In this document: positions 51,551 to 64,000 of the stretch, in pieces | How the letters are laid out: every line of letters begins with the position of its first letter | How positions within the stretch are numbered: the stretch's first letter is position 1 | Assembly: GCF_009914755.1 (NCBI RefSeq) | Contig: NC_060946.1 | Strand: one strand, 5' to 3' | Source: the human T2T-CHM13v2.0 reference genome, Homo sapiens | DNA: 64,000 nucleotides | Notes under the pieces: model-generated | Told to the model about the DNA's origin: nothing | The model's input: the letters and a program-made list of their open reading frames with translations, nothing else | Database searches by the model: none | Program-made: the position numbers and the translations under genes

Positions 51551-54500
51551 AAAAAGAGTGCCTCAAAGCTGCTCTTTGAAACGGAATGTTCAACTCTATG
51601 AGTTGAATGCAAACATCACAAAGACGTTTCTGAGAATGCTTCTGTCTAGATTTGATATGAAGATATTCCCGTTTCCAACGAAATCTTCAAATCTATCCAA
51701 ATGTCCACTTGCAGATTCAACAAAAAGTGTTTTTCAGAACTGCTCTATCAAAAGAAAGATCCACCTCTGTTAGCTGAGTTCACACATCACAAACAAGTTT
51801 ATGAGAATGCTTCTGTCTAGTTTTTATTTGAAGATATTTCCTTTCTCACCATAGACCTGAAAGCTGTCCTAATGTTCACTTCCAGATACTACAGAAAGAG
51901 TGTTTCAATACTGCTGTACGAAAGGGAATGTTCAACTCTGTGACTTGAATGCACACATCACAAAGAAGTTTCTGAGGATGCTGCTGTCTACTTTTTATAC
52001 GTAATCCCGTTTCCAATGAAATCCTCCAAGCTATCCAAATATCCACTTGCAGATTCCACAGAAAGACTGTTTCAAAACTGCTCTGTCAATAGAAAGGTTC
52101 AACTCTGTTAGCTGCGTGCATATATCCCAAAGAAGATTCTGAGATTGCTTCTGTCTAGTTTTTATGGGAAGATATTTCCCTTTTCACCGTAGGCGTCAAG
52201 GCGCTCCAAATGTCCACTTCCAGATACTACAAAAAGAGTGTTTCAAACCTACTCTGTGAAAGGGAATATTCAACTCTGTGACTTGAATGCAGATATCACA
52301 AAGAAGTTTCTGAGAATGCTTCTGTCGAGATTTTATATGAAGATATTCCCGTTTCCAACGAAATCCTGAAATCTATCCAAATATCCCCTCGCAGATTCTA
52401 CAAAAAGAGTGTTTCAAAACTGTTCTGTAAAAAGAAAGGTTCAACTCTGTTAGTTGAGTACACACATCACAAACAAGTATCACAGAATGCTTCTTTCTAG
52501 CTTGTAGGGAAAGATATTCCCTTTATCACCATGGGCCTCAAACCGTCCGAAACGTCCACTTCCATATACTTCAAAAAGAGCGTTTCAAACCTGCTCTATG
52601 AAAGGCAATGTTCAACTCTGTGACTTGAATGCAGACATCACAGAGCTGTTTCTGAGAATGCTTCTATATAGATTTTATAGGATGATATTCCCGTTTCCAA
52701 CGAAATCTTCACAGCTATCCAAATATCCACTTGCAGATTCTACAAAAAGAGTGTATCCAAACTGCTCTGGCAAAAGGAAGGTTCTTCTCTGTTAGGTGAG
52801 TGCATACGTCATAAAGGAGTTTCTGAGAATGTTTCTGTCTAGTGGTTATGGGAAGATATTTGCTTTTTCACCGTAGGCCTCAGAGCGCTCCAAATATCCA
52901 CTTGCACATACTACAAAAAGAGTGCCTCAAAGCTGCTCTCTGAAATGGAATGTTCAACTCTATGAGTTGAATGCAAACATCACAAAGACGTTTCTGAGAA
53001 TGCTTCTGTCTAGATTTGATATGAAGATATTCCCGTTTCCAACGAAATCTTCTAATCTATCCAAATGTCCACTTGCAGATTCAACAAAAAGTGTTTTTCA
53101 GAACTGCTCTATCAAAAGAAAGATCCACCTCTGTTAGCTGAGTTCACACATCCAAACAAGTTTATGAGAATGCTTCTGTCTAGTTTTTATTTGAAGATAT
53201 TTCCTTTCTCACCATAGACCTGAAAGCTGTCCTAATGTTCACTTCCAGATACCACAGAAAGAGTGTTTAAAAACTGCTGTACGAAAGGGAATGTTCAACT
53301 CTGTGACTTGAATGCACACATCACAAAGAAGTTTCTGAGGATGCTGCTGTCTACTTTTTATACGTAATCCCGTTTCCAACGAAATCCTCCAAGCTATCCA
53401 AATATCCACTTGCAGATTCCACAGAAAGACTGTTTCAAAACTGCTCTGTCAATAGAAAGGTTCAACTCTGTTAGCTGCGTGCATATATCCCAAAGAAGAT
53501 TCTGAGATTGCTTCTGTCTAGTTTTTATGGGAAGATATTTCCCTTTTCACCGTAGGTGTCAAGGCGCTCCAAATGTCCACTTCCAGATACTACAAAAAGA
53601 GTGTTTCAAACCTGCTCTGTGATAGGGAATATTCAACTCTGTGACTTTAATGCACATATCACAAAGAAGTTTCTGAGAATGCTTCTGTCGAGATTTTATA
53701 TGAAGATATTCCCGTTTCCAAAGAAATCCTGAAATCTATCCAAATATCCCCTCGCAGATTCTACAAAAAGAGTGTTTCAAAACTGCTCTGTAAAAAGAAA
53801 GGTTCAACTCTGTTAGTTGAGTACACACATCACAAACAAGTTTCACAGAATGCTTCTTTCTAGCTTGTAGGGGAAGATATTCCCTTTATCACCATGGGCC
53901 TCCAACCGTCCGAAACGTCCACTTCCATATACTACAAAAAGAGCGTTTCAAACCTGCTCTAGGAAAGGCAATGTTCAACTCTGTGACTTGAATGCAGACA
54001 TCACAGAGCAGTTTCTGAGAATGCTTCTGTCTAGATTTTATAGGAAGATATTCCCGTTTCCAACGAAATCTTCACAGCTATCCAAATATCCACTTGCAGA
54101 TTCTACAAAAAGAGTGTATCAAAACTGCTCTGTCAAAAGGAAGGTTCTTCTCTGTTAGGTGAGTGCATACGTCATAAAGGAGTTTCTGAGAATGTTTCTG
54201 TCTAGTGGTTATGGGAAGATATTTGCTTTTTCACCGTAGGCCTCAGAGCGCTCCAAATATCCACTTGCACATACTACAAAAAGAGTGCCTCAAAGCTGCT
54301 CTTTGAAACGGAATGTTCAACTCTATGAGTTGAATGCAAACATCACAAAGACGTTTCTGAGAATGCTTCTGTCTAGATTTGATATGAAGATATTCCCGTT
54401 TCCAACGAAATCTTCAAATCTATCCAAATGTCCACTTGCAGATTCAACAAAAAGTGTTTTTCAGAACTGCTCTATCAAAAGAAAGATCCACCTCTGTTAG

Positions 54501-57500
54501 CTGAGTTCACACATCACAAACAAGTTTATGAGAATGCTTCTGTCTAGTTTTTATTTGAAGATATTTCCTTTTTCACCATAGACCTGAAAGCTGTCCTAAT
54601 GTTCACTTCCAGATACTACAGAAAGAGTGTTTCAAAACTGCTGTACGAAAGGGAATGTTCAACTCTGTGACTTGAATGCACACATCACAAAGAAGTTTCT
54701 GAGGATGCTGCTGTCTACTTTTTATACGTAATCCCGTTTCCAACGAAATCCTCCAAGCTATCCAAATATCCACTTGCAGATTCCACAGAAAGACTGTTTC
54801 AAAACTGCTCTGTCAATAGAAAGGTTCAACTCTGTTAGCTGCGTGCATATATCCCAAAGAAGATTCTGAGATTGCTTCTGTCTAGTTTTTATGGGAAGAT
54901 ATTTCCCTTTTCACCGTAGGCGTCAAGGCGCTCCAAATGTCCACTTCCAGATACTACAAAAAGAGTGTTTCAAACGTACTCTGTGAAAGGGAATATTCAA
55001 CTCTGTGACTTGAATGCAGATATCACAAAGAAGTTTCTGAGAATGCTTCTGTCGAGATTTTATATGAAGATATTCCCGTTTCCAACGAAATCCTGAAATC
55101 TATCCAAATATCCCCTCGCAGATTCTACAAAAAGAGTGTTTCAAAACTGTTCTGTAAAAAGAAAGGTTCAACTCTGTTAGTTGAGTACACACATCACAAA
55201 CAAGTATCACAGAATGCTTCTTTCTAGCTTGTAGGGAAAGATATTCCCTTTATCACCATGGGCCTCAAACCGTCCGAAACGTCCACTTCCATATACTTCA
55301 AAAAGAGCGTTTCAAACCTGCTCTATGAAAGGCAATGTTCAACTCTGTGACTTGAATGCAGACATCACAGAGCTGTTTCTGAGAATGCTTCTATCTAGAT
55401 TTTATAGGATGATATTCCCGTTTGCAACGAAATCTTCACAGCTATCCAAATATCCACTTGCAGATTCTACAAAAAGAGTGTATCCAAACTGCTCTGGCAA
55501 AAGGAAGGTTCTTCTCTGTTAGGTGAGTGCATACGTCATAAAGGAGTTTCTGAGAATGTTTCTGTCTAGTGGTTATGGGAAGATATTTGCTTTTTCACCG
55601 TAGGCCTCAGAGCGCTCCAAATATCCACTTGCACATACTACAAAAAGAGTGCCTCAAAGCTGCTCTCTGAAATGGAATGTTCAACTCTATGAGTTGAATG
55701 CAAACATCACAAAGACGTTTCTGAGAATGCTTCTGTCTAGATTTGATATGAAGATATTCCCGTTTCCAACGAAATCTTCAAATCTATCCAAATGTCCACT
55801 TGCAGATTCAACAAAAACTGTTTTTCAGAACTGCTCTATCAAAAGAAAGATCCACCTCTGTTAGCTGAGTTCACACATCCAAACAAGTTTATGAGAATGC
55901 TTCTGTCTAGTTTTTATTTGAAGATATTTCCTTTCTCACCATAGACCTGAAAGCTGTCCTAATGTCCACTTCCAGATACCACAGAAAGAGTGTTTAAAAA
56001 CTGCTGTACGAAAGGGAATGTTCAACTCTGTGACTTGAATGCACACATCACAAAGAAGTTTCTGAGGATGCTGCTGTCTACTTTTTATACGTAATCCCGT
56101 TTCCAACGAAATCCTCCAAGCTATCCAAATATCCACTTGCAGATTCCACAGAAAGACTGTTTCAAAACTGCTCTGTCAATAGAAAGGTTCAACTCTGTTA
56201 GCTGCGTGCATATATCCCAAAGAAGATTCTGAGATTGCTTCTGTCTAGTTTTTATGGGAAGATATTTCCCTTTTCACCGTAGGTGTCAAGGCGCTCCAAA
56301 TGTCCACTTCCAGATACTACAAAAAGAGTGTTTCAAACCTGCTCTGTGATAGGGAATATTCAACTCTGTGACTTTAATGCACATATCACAAAGAAGTTTC
56401 TGAGAATGCTTCTGTCGAGATTTTATATGAAGATATTCCCGTTTCCAAAGAAATCCTGAAATCTATCCAAATATCCCCTCGCAGATTCTACAAAAAGAGT
56501 GTTTCAAAACTGCTCTGTAAAAAGAAAGGTTCAACTCTGTTAGTTGAGTACACACATCACAAACAAGTTTCACAGAATGCTTCTTTCTAGCTTGTAGGGG
56601 AAGATATTCCCTTTATCACCATGGGCCTCCAACCGTCCGAAACGTCCACTTCCATATACTACAAAAAGAGCGTTTCAAACCTGCTCTATGAAAGGCAATG
56701 TTCAACTCTGTGACTTGAATGCAGACATCACAGAGCAGTTTCTGAGAATGCTTCTGTCTAGATTTTATAAGAAGATATTCCCGTTTCCAACGAAATCTTC
56801 ACAGCTATCCAAATATCCACTTGCAGATTCTACAAAAAGAGTGTATCAAAACTGCTCTGTCAAAAGGAAGGTTCTTCTCTGTTAGGTGAGTGCATACGTC
56901 ATAAAGGAGTTTCTGAGAATGTTTCTGTCTAGTGGTTATGGGAAGATATTTGCTTTTTCACCGTAGGCCTCAGAGCGCTCCAAATATCCACTTGCACATA
57001 CTACAAAAAGAGTGCCTCAAAGCTGCTCTTTGAAACGGAATATTCAACTCTATGAGTTGAATGCAATCATCACAAAGACGTTTCTGAGAATGCTTCTGTC
57101 TAGATTTGATATGAAGATATTCCCGTTTCCAACGAAATCTTCAAATCTATCCAAATGTCCACTTGCAGATTCAACAAAAAGTGTTTTTCAGAACTGCTCT
57201 ATCAAAAGAAAGATCCACCTCTGTTAGCTGAGTTCACACATCACAAACAAGTTTATGAGAATGCTTCTGTCTAGTTTTTATTTGAAGATATTTCCTTTCT
57301 CACCATAGACCTGAAAGCTGTCCTAATGTTCACTTCCAGATACTACTTAAAGAGTGTTTCAAAACTGCTGTATGAAAGGGAATGTTCAACTCTGTGACTT
57401 GAATGCACACATCACAAAGAAGTTTCTGAGGATGCTGCTGTCTACTTTTTATATGTAATCCCGTTTCCAACGAAATCCTCCAAGCTATCCAAATATCCAC

Positions 57501-60500
57501 TTGCAGATTCCACAGAAAGACTGTTTCAAAACTGCTCTGTCAATAGAAAGGTTCAACTCTGTTAGCTGCGTGCATATATCCCAAAGAAGATTCTGAGATT
57601 GCTTCTGTCTAGTTTTTATGGGAAGATATTTCCCTTTTCACCGTAGGCGTCAAGGCGCTCCAAATGTCCACTTCCAGATACTACAAAAAGAGTGTTTCAA
57701 ACCTACTCTGTGAAAGGGAATATTCAACTCTGTGACTTGAATGCACATATCACAAAGAAGTTTCTGATAATGCTTCTGTCGAGATTTTATATGAAGATAT
57801 TCCCGTTTCCAACGAAATCCTGAAATCTATCCAAATATCCCCTCGCAGATTCTACAAAAAGAGTGTTTCAATACTGCTCTGTAAAAAGAAAGGTTCAACT
57901 CTGTTAGTTGAGTACACACATCACAAACAAGTTTCACAGAATGCTTCTTTTTAGCTTGTAGGGGAAGATATTCCCTTTATCACCATGGGCCTCCAACCGT
58001 CCGAAACATCCACTTCCATATACTACAAAAAGAGCGTTTCAAACCTGCTCTATGAAAGGCAATGTTCAACTCTGTGACTTGAATGCAGACATCACAGAGC
58101 AGTTTCTGAGAATGCTTCTGTCTAGATTTTATAGGAAGATATTCCCGTTTCCAACGAAATCTTCACAGCTATCCAAATATCCACTTGCAGATTCTACAAA
58201 AAGAGTGTATCAAAACTGCTCTGTCAAAAGGAAGGTTCTTCTCTGTTAGGTGAGTGCATACGTCATAAAGGAGTTTCTGAGAATGTTTCTGTCTAGTGGT
58301 TATGGGAAGATATTTGCTTTTTCACCGTAGGCCTCAGAGCGCTCCAAATATCCACTTGCACATACTACAAAAAGAGTGCCTCAAAGCTGCTCTCTGAAAC
58401 GGAATGTTCAACTCTATGAGTTGAATGCAAACATCACAAAGACGTTTCTGAGAATGCTTCTGTCTAGATTTGATATGAAGATATTCCCGTTTCCAACGAA
58501 ATCTTCAAATCTATCCAAATGTCCACTTGCAGATTCAACAAAAAGTGTTTTTCAGAACTGCTCTATCAAAAGAAAGATCCACCTCTGTTAGCTGAGTTCA
58601 CACATCACAAACAAGTTTATGAGAATGCTTCTGTCTAGTTTTTATTTGAAGATATTTCCTTTCTCACCATAGACCTGAAAGCTGTCCTAATGTTCACTTC
58701 CAGATACTACAGAAAGAGTGTTTCAAAACTGCTGTACGAAAGGGAATGTTCAACTCTGTGACTTGAATGCACACATCACAAAGAAGTTTCTGAGGATGCT
58801 GCTGTCTACTTTTTATACGTAATCCCATTTCCAACGAAATCCTCCAAGCTATCCAAATATCCACTTGCAGATTCCACAGAAAGACTGTTTCAAAACTGCT
58901 CTGTCAATAGAAAGGTTCAACTCTGTTAGCTGCGTGCATATATCCCAAAGAAGATTCTGAGATTGCTTCTGTCTAGTTTTTATGGGAAGATATTTCCCTT
59001 TTCACCGTAGGCGTCAAGGCGCTCCAAATGTCCACTTCCAGATACTACAAAAAGAGTGTTTCAAACCTACTCTGTGAAAGGGAATATTCAACTCTGTGAC
59101 TTGAATGCACATATCACAAAGAAGTTTCTGAGAATGCTTCTGTCGAGATTTTATATGAAGATATTCCCGTTTCCAACGAAATCCTGAAATCTATCCAAAT
59201 ATCCCCTCGCAGATTCTACAAAAAGAGTGTTTCAAAACTGCTCTGTAAAAAGAAAGGTTCAACTCTGTTACTTGAGTACACACATCACAAACAAGTTTCA
59301 CAGAATGCTTCTTTCTAGCTTGTAGGGGAAGATATTCCGTTTATCACCATGGTCTTCAAACCGTCCGAAACGTCCACTTCCATATACTACAAAAAGAGTG
59401 TTTCAAACCTGCTCTATGAAAGGCAATGTTCAACTCTGTGACTTGAATGCAGACATCACAGAGCAGTTTCTGAGAATGCTTCTGTCTAGATTTTATAGGA
59501 AGATATTCCCGTTTCCAACGAAATCTTCACAGCTATCCAAATATCCACTTGCAGATTCTACAAAAAGAGTGTATCAAAACTGCTCTGTCAAAAGGAAGGT
59601 TCTTCTCTGTTAGGTGAGTGCATACGTCATAAAGGAGTTTCTGAGAATGTTTCTGTCTAGTGGTTATGGGAAGATATTTGCTTTTTCCCCGTAGACCTCA
59701 GAGCGCTCCAAATGTCCACTTGCACATGCTACAAAAAGAGTGCTTCAAAGCTGCTCTCTGAAAGGGAATGTTCAACTCTATGAGTTGAATGTAAACATCA
59801 CAAAGACGTTTCTGAGAATGCTTCTGTCTAGATTTGATATGAAGATATTCCCGTTTCCAACGAAATCTTCAAATCTATCCAAATGTCCACTTGCAGATTC
59901 AACAAAAAGTGTTTTTCAAAACTGCTGTATCAAAAGAAAGATCCACGTCTGTTAGCTGAGTTCACACATCACAAACAAGTTTATGAGAATGCTTCTGTCT
60001 AGTTTTTATTTGAAGATATTTCCTTTCTCACCATAGACCTGAAAGCTGTCCTAATGTTCACTTCCAGATACTACAGAAAGAGTGTTTCAAAACTGCTGTA
60101 CGAAAGGGAATGTTCAACTCTGTGACTTGAATGCACACATCACAAAGAAGTTTCTGAGGATGTTGCTGTCTACTTTTTATACGTAATCCCGTTTCCAACG
60201 AAATCCTCCAAGCTATCCAAATATCCACTTGCAGATTCCACAGAAAGACTGTTTCAAAACTGCTCTGTCAATAGAAAGGTTCAACTCTGTTAGCTGCGTG
60301 CATATATCCCAAAGAAGATTTTGAGATTGCTTCTGTCTAGTTTTTATGGGAAGATATTTCCCTTTTCACCGTAGGTGTCAAGGCTCTCCAAATGTCCACT
60401 TCCAGATACTACAAAAAGAGTGTTTCAAACCTACTCTGTGAAAGGGAATATTCAACTCTGTGACTTTAATGCACATATCACAAAGAAGTTTCTGAGAATG

Positions 60501-63500
60501 CTTCTGTCGAGATTTTATATGAAGATATTCCCGTTTCCAAAGAAATCCTGAAATCTATCCAAATATCCCCTCGCAGATTCTACAAAAAGAGTGTTTCAAA
60601 ACTGCTCTGTAAAAAGAAAGGTTCAACTCTGTTAGTTGAGTACACACATCACAAACAAGTATCACAGAATGCTTCTTTCTAGCTTGTAGGGGAAGATATT
60701 CCCTTTATCACCATGGGCCTCAAACCGTCCGAAACGTCCACTTCCATATACTTCAAAAAGAGCGTTTCAAACCTGCTCTATGAAAGGCAATGTTCAACTG
60801 TGTGACTTGAATGCAGACATCACAGAGCTGTTTCTGAGAATGCTTCTGTCTAGATTTTATAGGAAGATATTCCCGTTTCCAACGAAATCTTCACAGCTAT
60901 CCAAATATCCACTTGCAGATTCTACAAAAAGAGTGTATCCAAACTGCTCTGGCAAAAGGAAGGTTCTTCTCTGTTAGGTGAGTGCATACGTCATAAAGGA
61001 GTTTCTGAGAATGTTTCTGTCTAGTGGTTATGGGAAGATATTTGCTTTTTCACCGTAGGCCTCAGAGCGCTCCAAATATCCACTTGCACATACTACAAAA
61101 AGAGTGCCTCAAAGCTGCTCTTTGAAACGGAATGTTCAACTCTATGAGTTGAATGCAAACATCACAAAGACGTTTCTGAGAATGCTTCTGTCTAGATTTG
61201 ATATGAAGATATTCCCGTTTCCAACGAAATCTTCAAATCTATCCAAATGTCCACTTGCAGATTCAACAAAAAGTGTTTTTCAGAACTGCTCTATCAAAAG
61301 AAAGATCCACCTCTGTTAGCTGAGTTCACACATCACAAACAAGTTTATGAGAATGCTTCTGTCTAGTTTTTATTTGAAGATATTTCCTTTCTCACAATAG
61401 ACCTGAAAGCTGTCCTAATGTTCACTTCCAGATACTACAGAAAGAGTGTTTCAAAACTGCTGTATGAAAGGGAATGTTCAACTCTGTGACTTGAATGCAC
61501 ACATCACAAAGAAGATTCTGAGGATGCTGCTGTCTACTTTTTATATGTAATCCCGTTTCCAACGAAATCCTCCAAGCTATCCAAATATCCACTTGCAGAT
61601 TCCACAGAAAGTCTGTTTCAAAACTGCTCTGTCAATAGAAAGGTTCAACTCTGTTAGCTGCGTGCATATATCCCAAAGAAGATTCTGAGATTGCTTCTGT
61701 CTAGTTTTTATGGGAAGATATTTCCCTTTTCACCGTAGGCGTCAAGGCGCTCCAAATGTCCACTTCCAGATACTACAAAAAGAGTGTTTCAAACCTACTC
61801 TGTGAAAGGGAATATTCAACTCTGTGACTTGAATGCACATATCACAAAGAAGTTTCTGATAATGCTTCTGTCGAGATTTTATATGAAGATATTCCCGTTT
61901 CCAACGAAATCCTGAAATCTATCCAAATATCCCCTCGCAGATTCTACAAAAAGAGTGTTTCAAAACTGCTCTGTAAAAAGAAAGGTTCAACTCTGTTAGT
62001 TGAGTACACACATCACAAACAAGTTTCACAGAATGCTTCTTTCTAGCTTGTAGGGGAAGATATTCCCTTTATCACCATGGGCCTCCAACCGTCCGAAACA
62101 TCCACTTCCATATACTACAAAAAGAGCGTTTCAAACCTGCTCTATGAAAGGCAATGTTCAACTCTGTGACTTGAATGCAGACATCACAGAGCAGTTTCTG
62201 AGAATGCTTCTGTCTAGATTTTATAGGAAGATATTCCCGTTTCCAACGAAATCTTCACAGCTATCCAAATATCCACTTGCAGATTCTACAAAAAGAGTGT
62301 ATCAAAACTGCTCTGTCAAAAGGAAGGTTCTTCTCTGTTAGGTGAGTGCATACGTCATAAAGGAGTTTCTGAGAATGTTTCTGTCTAGTGGTTATGGGAA
62401 GATATTTGCTTTTTCACCGTAGGCCTCAGAGCGCTCCAAATATCCACTTGCACATACTACAAAAAGAGTGCCTCAAAGCTGCTCTCTGAAACGGAATGTT
62501 CAACTCTATGAGTTGAATGCAAACATCACAAAGACGTTTCTGAGAATGCTTCTGTCTAGATTTGATATGAAGATATTCCCGTTTCCAACGAAATCTTCAA
62601 ATCTATCCAAATGTCCACTTGCAGATTCAACAAAAAGTGTTTTTCAGAACTGCTCTATCAAAAGAAAGATCCACCTCTGTTAGCTGAGTTCACACATCAC
62701 AAACAAGTTTATGAGAATGCTTCTGTCTAGTTTTTATTTGAAGATATTTCCTTTCTCACCATAGACCTGAAAGCTGTCCTAATGTTCACTTCCAGATACT
62801 ACAGAAAGAGTGTTTCAAAACTGCTGTACGAAAGGGAATGTTCAACTCTGTGACTTGAATGCACACATCACAAAGAAGTTTCTGAGGATGCTGCTGTCTA
62901 CTTTTTATACGTAATCCCGTTTCCAACGAAATCCTCCAAGCTATCCAAATATCCACTTGCAGATTCCACAGAAAGACTGTTTCAAAACTGCTCTGTCAAT
63001 AGAAAGGTTCAACTCTGTTAGCTGCGTGCATATATCCCAAAGAAGATTCTGAGATTCCTTCTGTCTCGTTTTTATGGGAAGATATTTCCCTTTTCACCGT
63101 AGGCGTCAAGGCGCTCCAAATGTCCACTTCCAGATACTACAAAAAGAGTGTTTCAAACCTACTCTGTGAAAGGGAATATTCAACTCTGTGACTTGAATGC
63201 ACATATCACAAAGAAGTTTCTGAGAATGCTTCTGTCGAGATTTTATATGAAGATATTCCCGTTTCCAACGAAATCCTGAAATCTATCCAAATATCCCCTC
63301 GCAGATTCTACAAAAAGAGTGTTTCAAAACTGCTCTGTAAAAAGAAAGGTTCAACTCTGTTAGTTGAGTACACACATCACAAACAAGTTTCACAGAATGC
63401 TTCTTTCTAGCTTGTAGGGGAAGATATTCCCTTTATCACCATGGTCCTCAAACCGTCCGAAACGTCCACTTCCATATACTACAAAAAGAGCGTTTCAAAC

Positions 63501-64000
63501 CTGCTCTAGGAAAGGCAATGTTCAACTCTGTGACTTGAATGCAGACATCACAGAGCAGTTTCTGAGAATGCTTCTGTCTAGATTTTATAGGAAGATATTC
63601 CCGTTTCCAACGAAATCTTCACAGCTATCCAAATATCCACTTGCAGATTCTACAAAAAGAGTGTATCAAAACTGCTCTGTCAAAAGGAAGGTTCTTCTCT
63701 GTTAGGTGAGTGCATACGTCATAAAGGAGTTTCTGAGAATGTTTCTGTCTAGTGGTTATGGGAAGATATTTGCTTTTTCACCGTAGGCCTCAGAGCGCTC
63801 CAAATATCCACTTGCACATACTACAAAAAGAGTGCCTCAAAGCTGCTCTCTGAAACGGAATGTTCAACTCTATGAGTTGAATGCAAACATCACAAAGACG
63901 TTTCTGAGAATGCTTCTGTCTAGATTTGATATGAAGATATTCCCGTTTCCAACGAAATCTTCAAATCTATCCAAATGTCCACTTGCAGATTCAACAAAAA

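Larger units (their letters stand above)
1..64000 (-). repeat. Alpha satellite higher-order repeat array, 8-mer HOR of 1,364 bp, about 46.9 tandem copies (homogeneous, live-type centromeric array)
   Basis: The start motif TGAAGATATTTCCTTTCTCACCATAG recurs at 1, 1365, 2729, 4092 ... 35461 ... 62739. The ORF track repeats with a 1364-bp period (1363 where a 1-bp deletion occurs). Each ~171-bp monomer carries typical alphoid motifs (TTCAACTCTGTGA, CACATCACAAAGAAGTTTCTGAGAATGCTTCTGTCTAG, CCACTTGCAGATTCTACAAAAAGAGTGTTTCAAAACTGCTC). Strand is given as minus because the CENP-B box reads TTTCGTTGGAAACGGGA on the minus strand. Confidence 0.99.

Noticed and set aside
770-62683. Recurrent 65-aa and 71-aa plus-strand ORFs (MKGNVQLCDL..., MPQSCSLKRN...)
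   Set aside because: They are translations of alpha-satellite monomers repeating with the HOR period. Many begin at GTG/TTG, they appear or vanish with single SNVs, and they have no gene context. I used them only as haplotype markers.
177-63957. Regularly spaced 17-bp conserved motif resembling a CRISPR repeat-spacer array
   Set aside because: The motif is the CENP-B box. The intervening sequence is ~325 bp, is itself repeated, and there are no cas genes.
1-64000. A previously undescribed gene-based system or hidden mobile element
   Set aside because: Length accounting leaves no room for unique sequence, and I saw no poly(A) tail, target-site duplication, terminal repeat or strand switch.

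Overview
The whole 64-kb window is one uninterrupted, single-orientation array of primate (most likely human) centromeric alpha satellite. It is built from a 1,364-bp higher-order repeat (HOR) of 8 monomers (7 x 171 bp + 1 x 167 bp), with 46 complete copies and one partial copy. CENP-B-box monomers alternate with pJ-alpha/A-box monomers, and the CENP-B boxes read on the minus strand. An 8-mer dimeric HOR of this size fits the SF2 live array of chr14/chr22 (D14Z9/D22Z1), but I cannot confirm the chromosome without an alignment. I see no protein-coding genes, RNA genes, transposon insertions, inversions or CRISPR arrays; all listed ORFs are by-products of the repeat. I found no new biological system. 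What is interesting is the array's internal history: several linked-SNP HOR haplotypes, 2- and 3-HOR tandem duplications, a ~10-HOR super-repeat, long-range duplicated blocks, short gene-conversion tracts, and a CENP-B-box-breaking variant in 18 of 47 HORs. All variant calls and counts were read by eye and need confirming by alignment. HOR numbering uses starts at 1, 1365, 2729, 4092, 5456, 6819 ... 61375, 62739.
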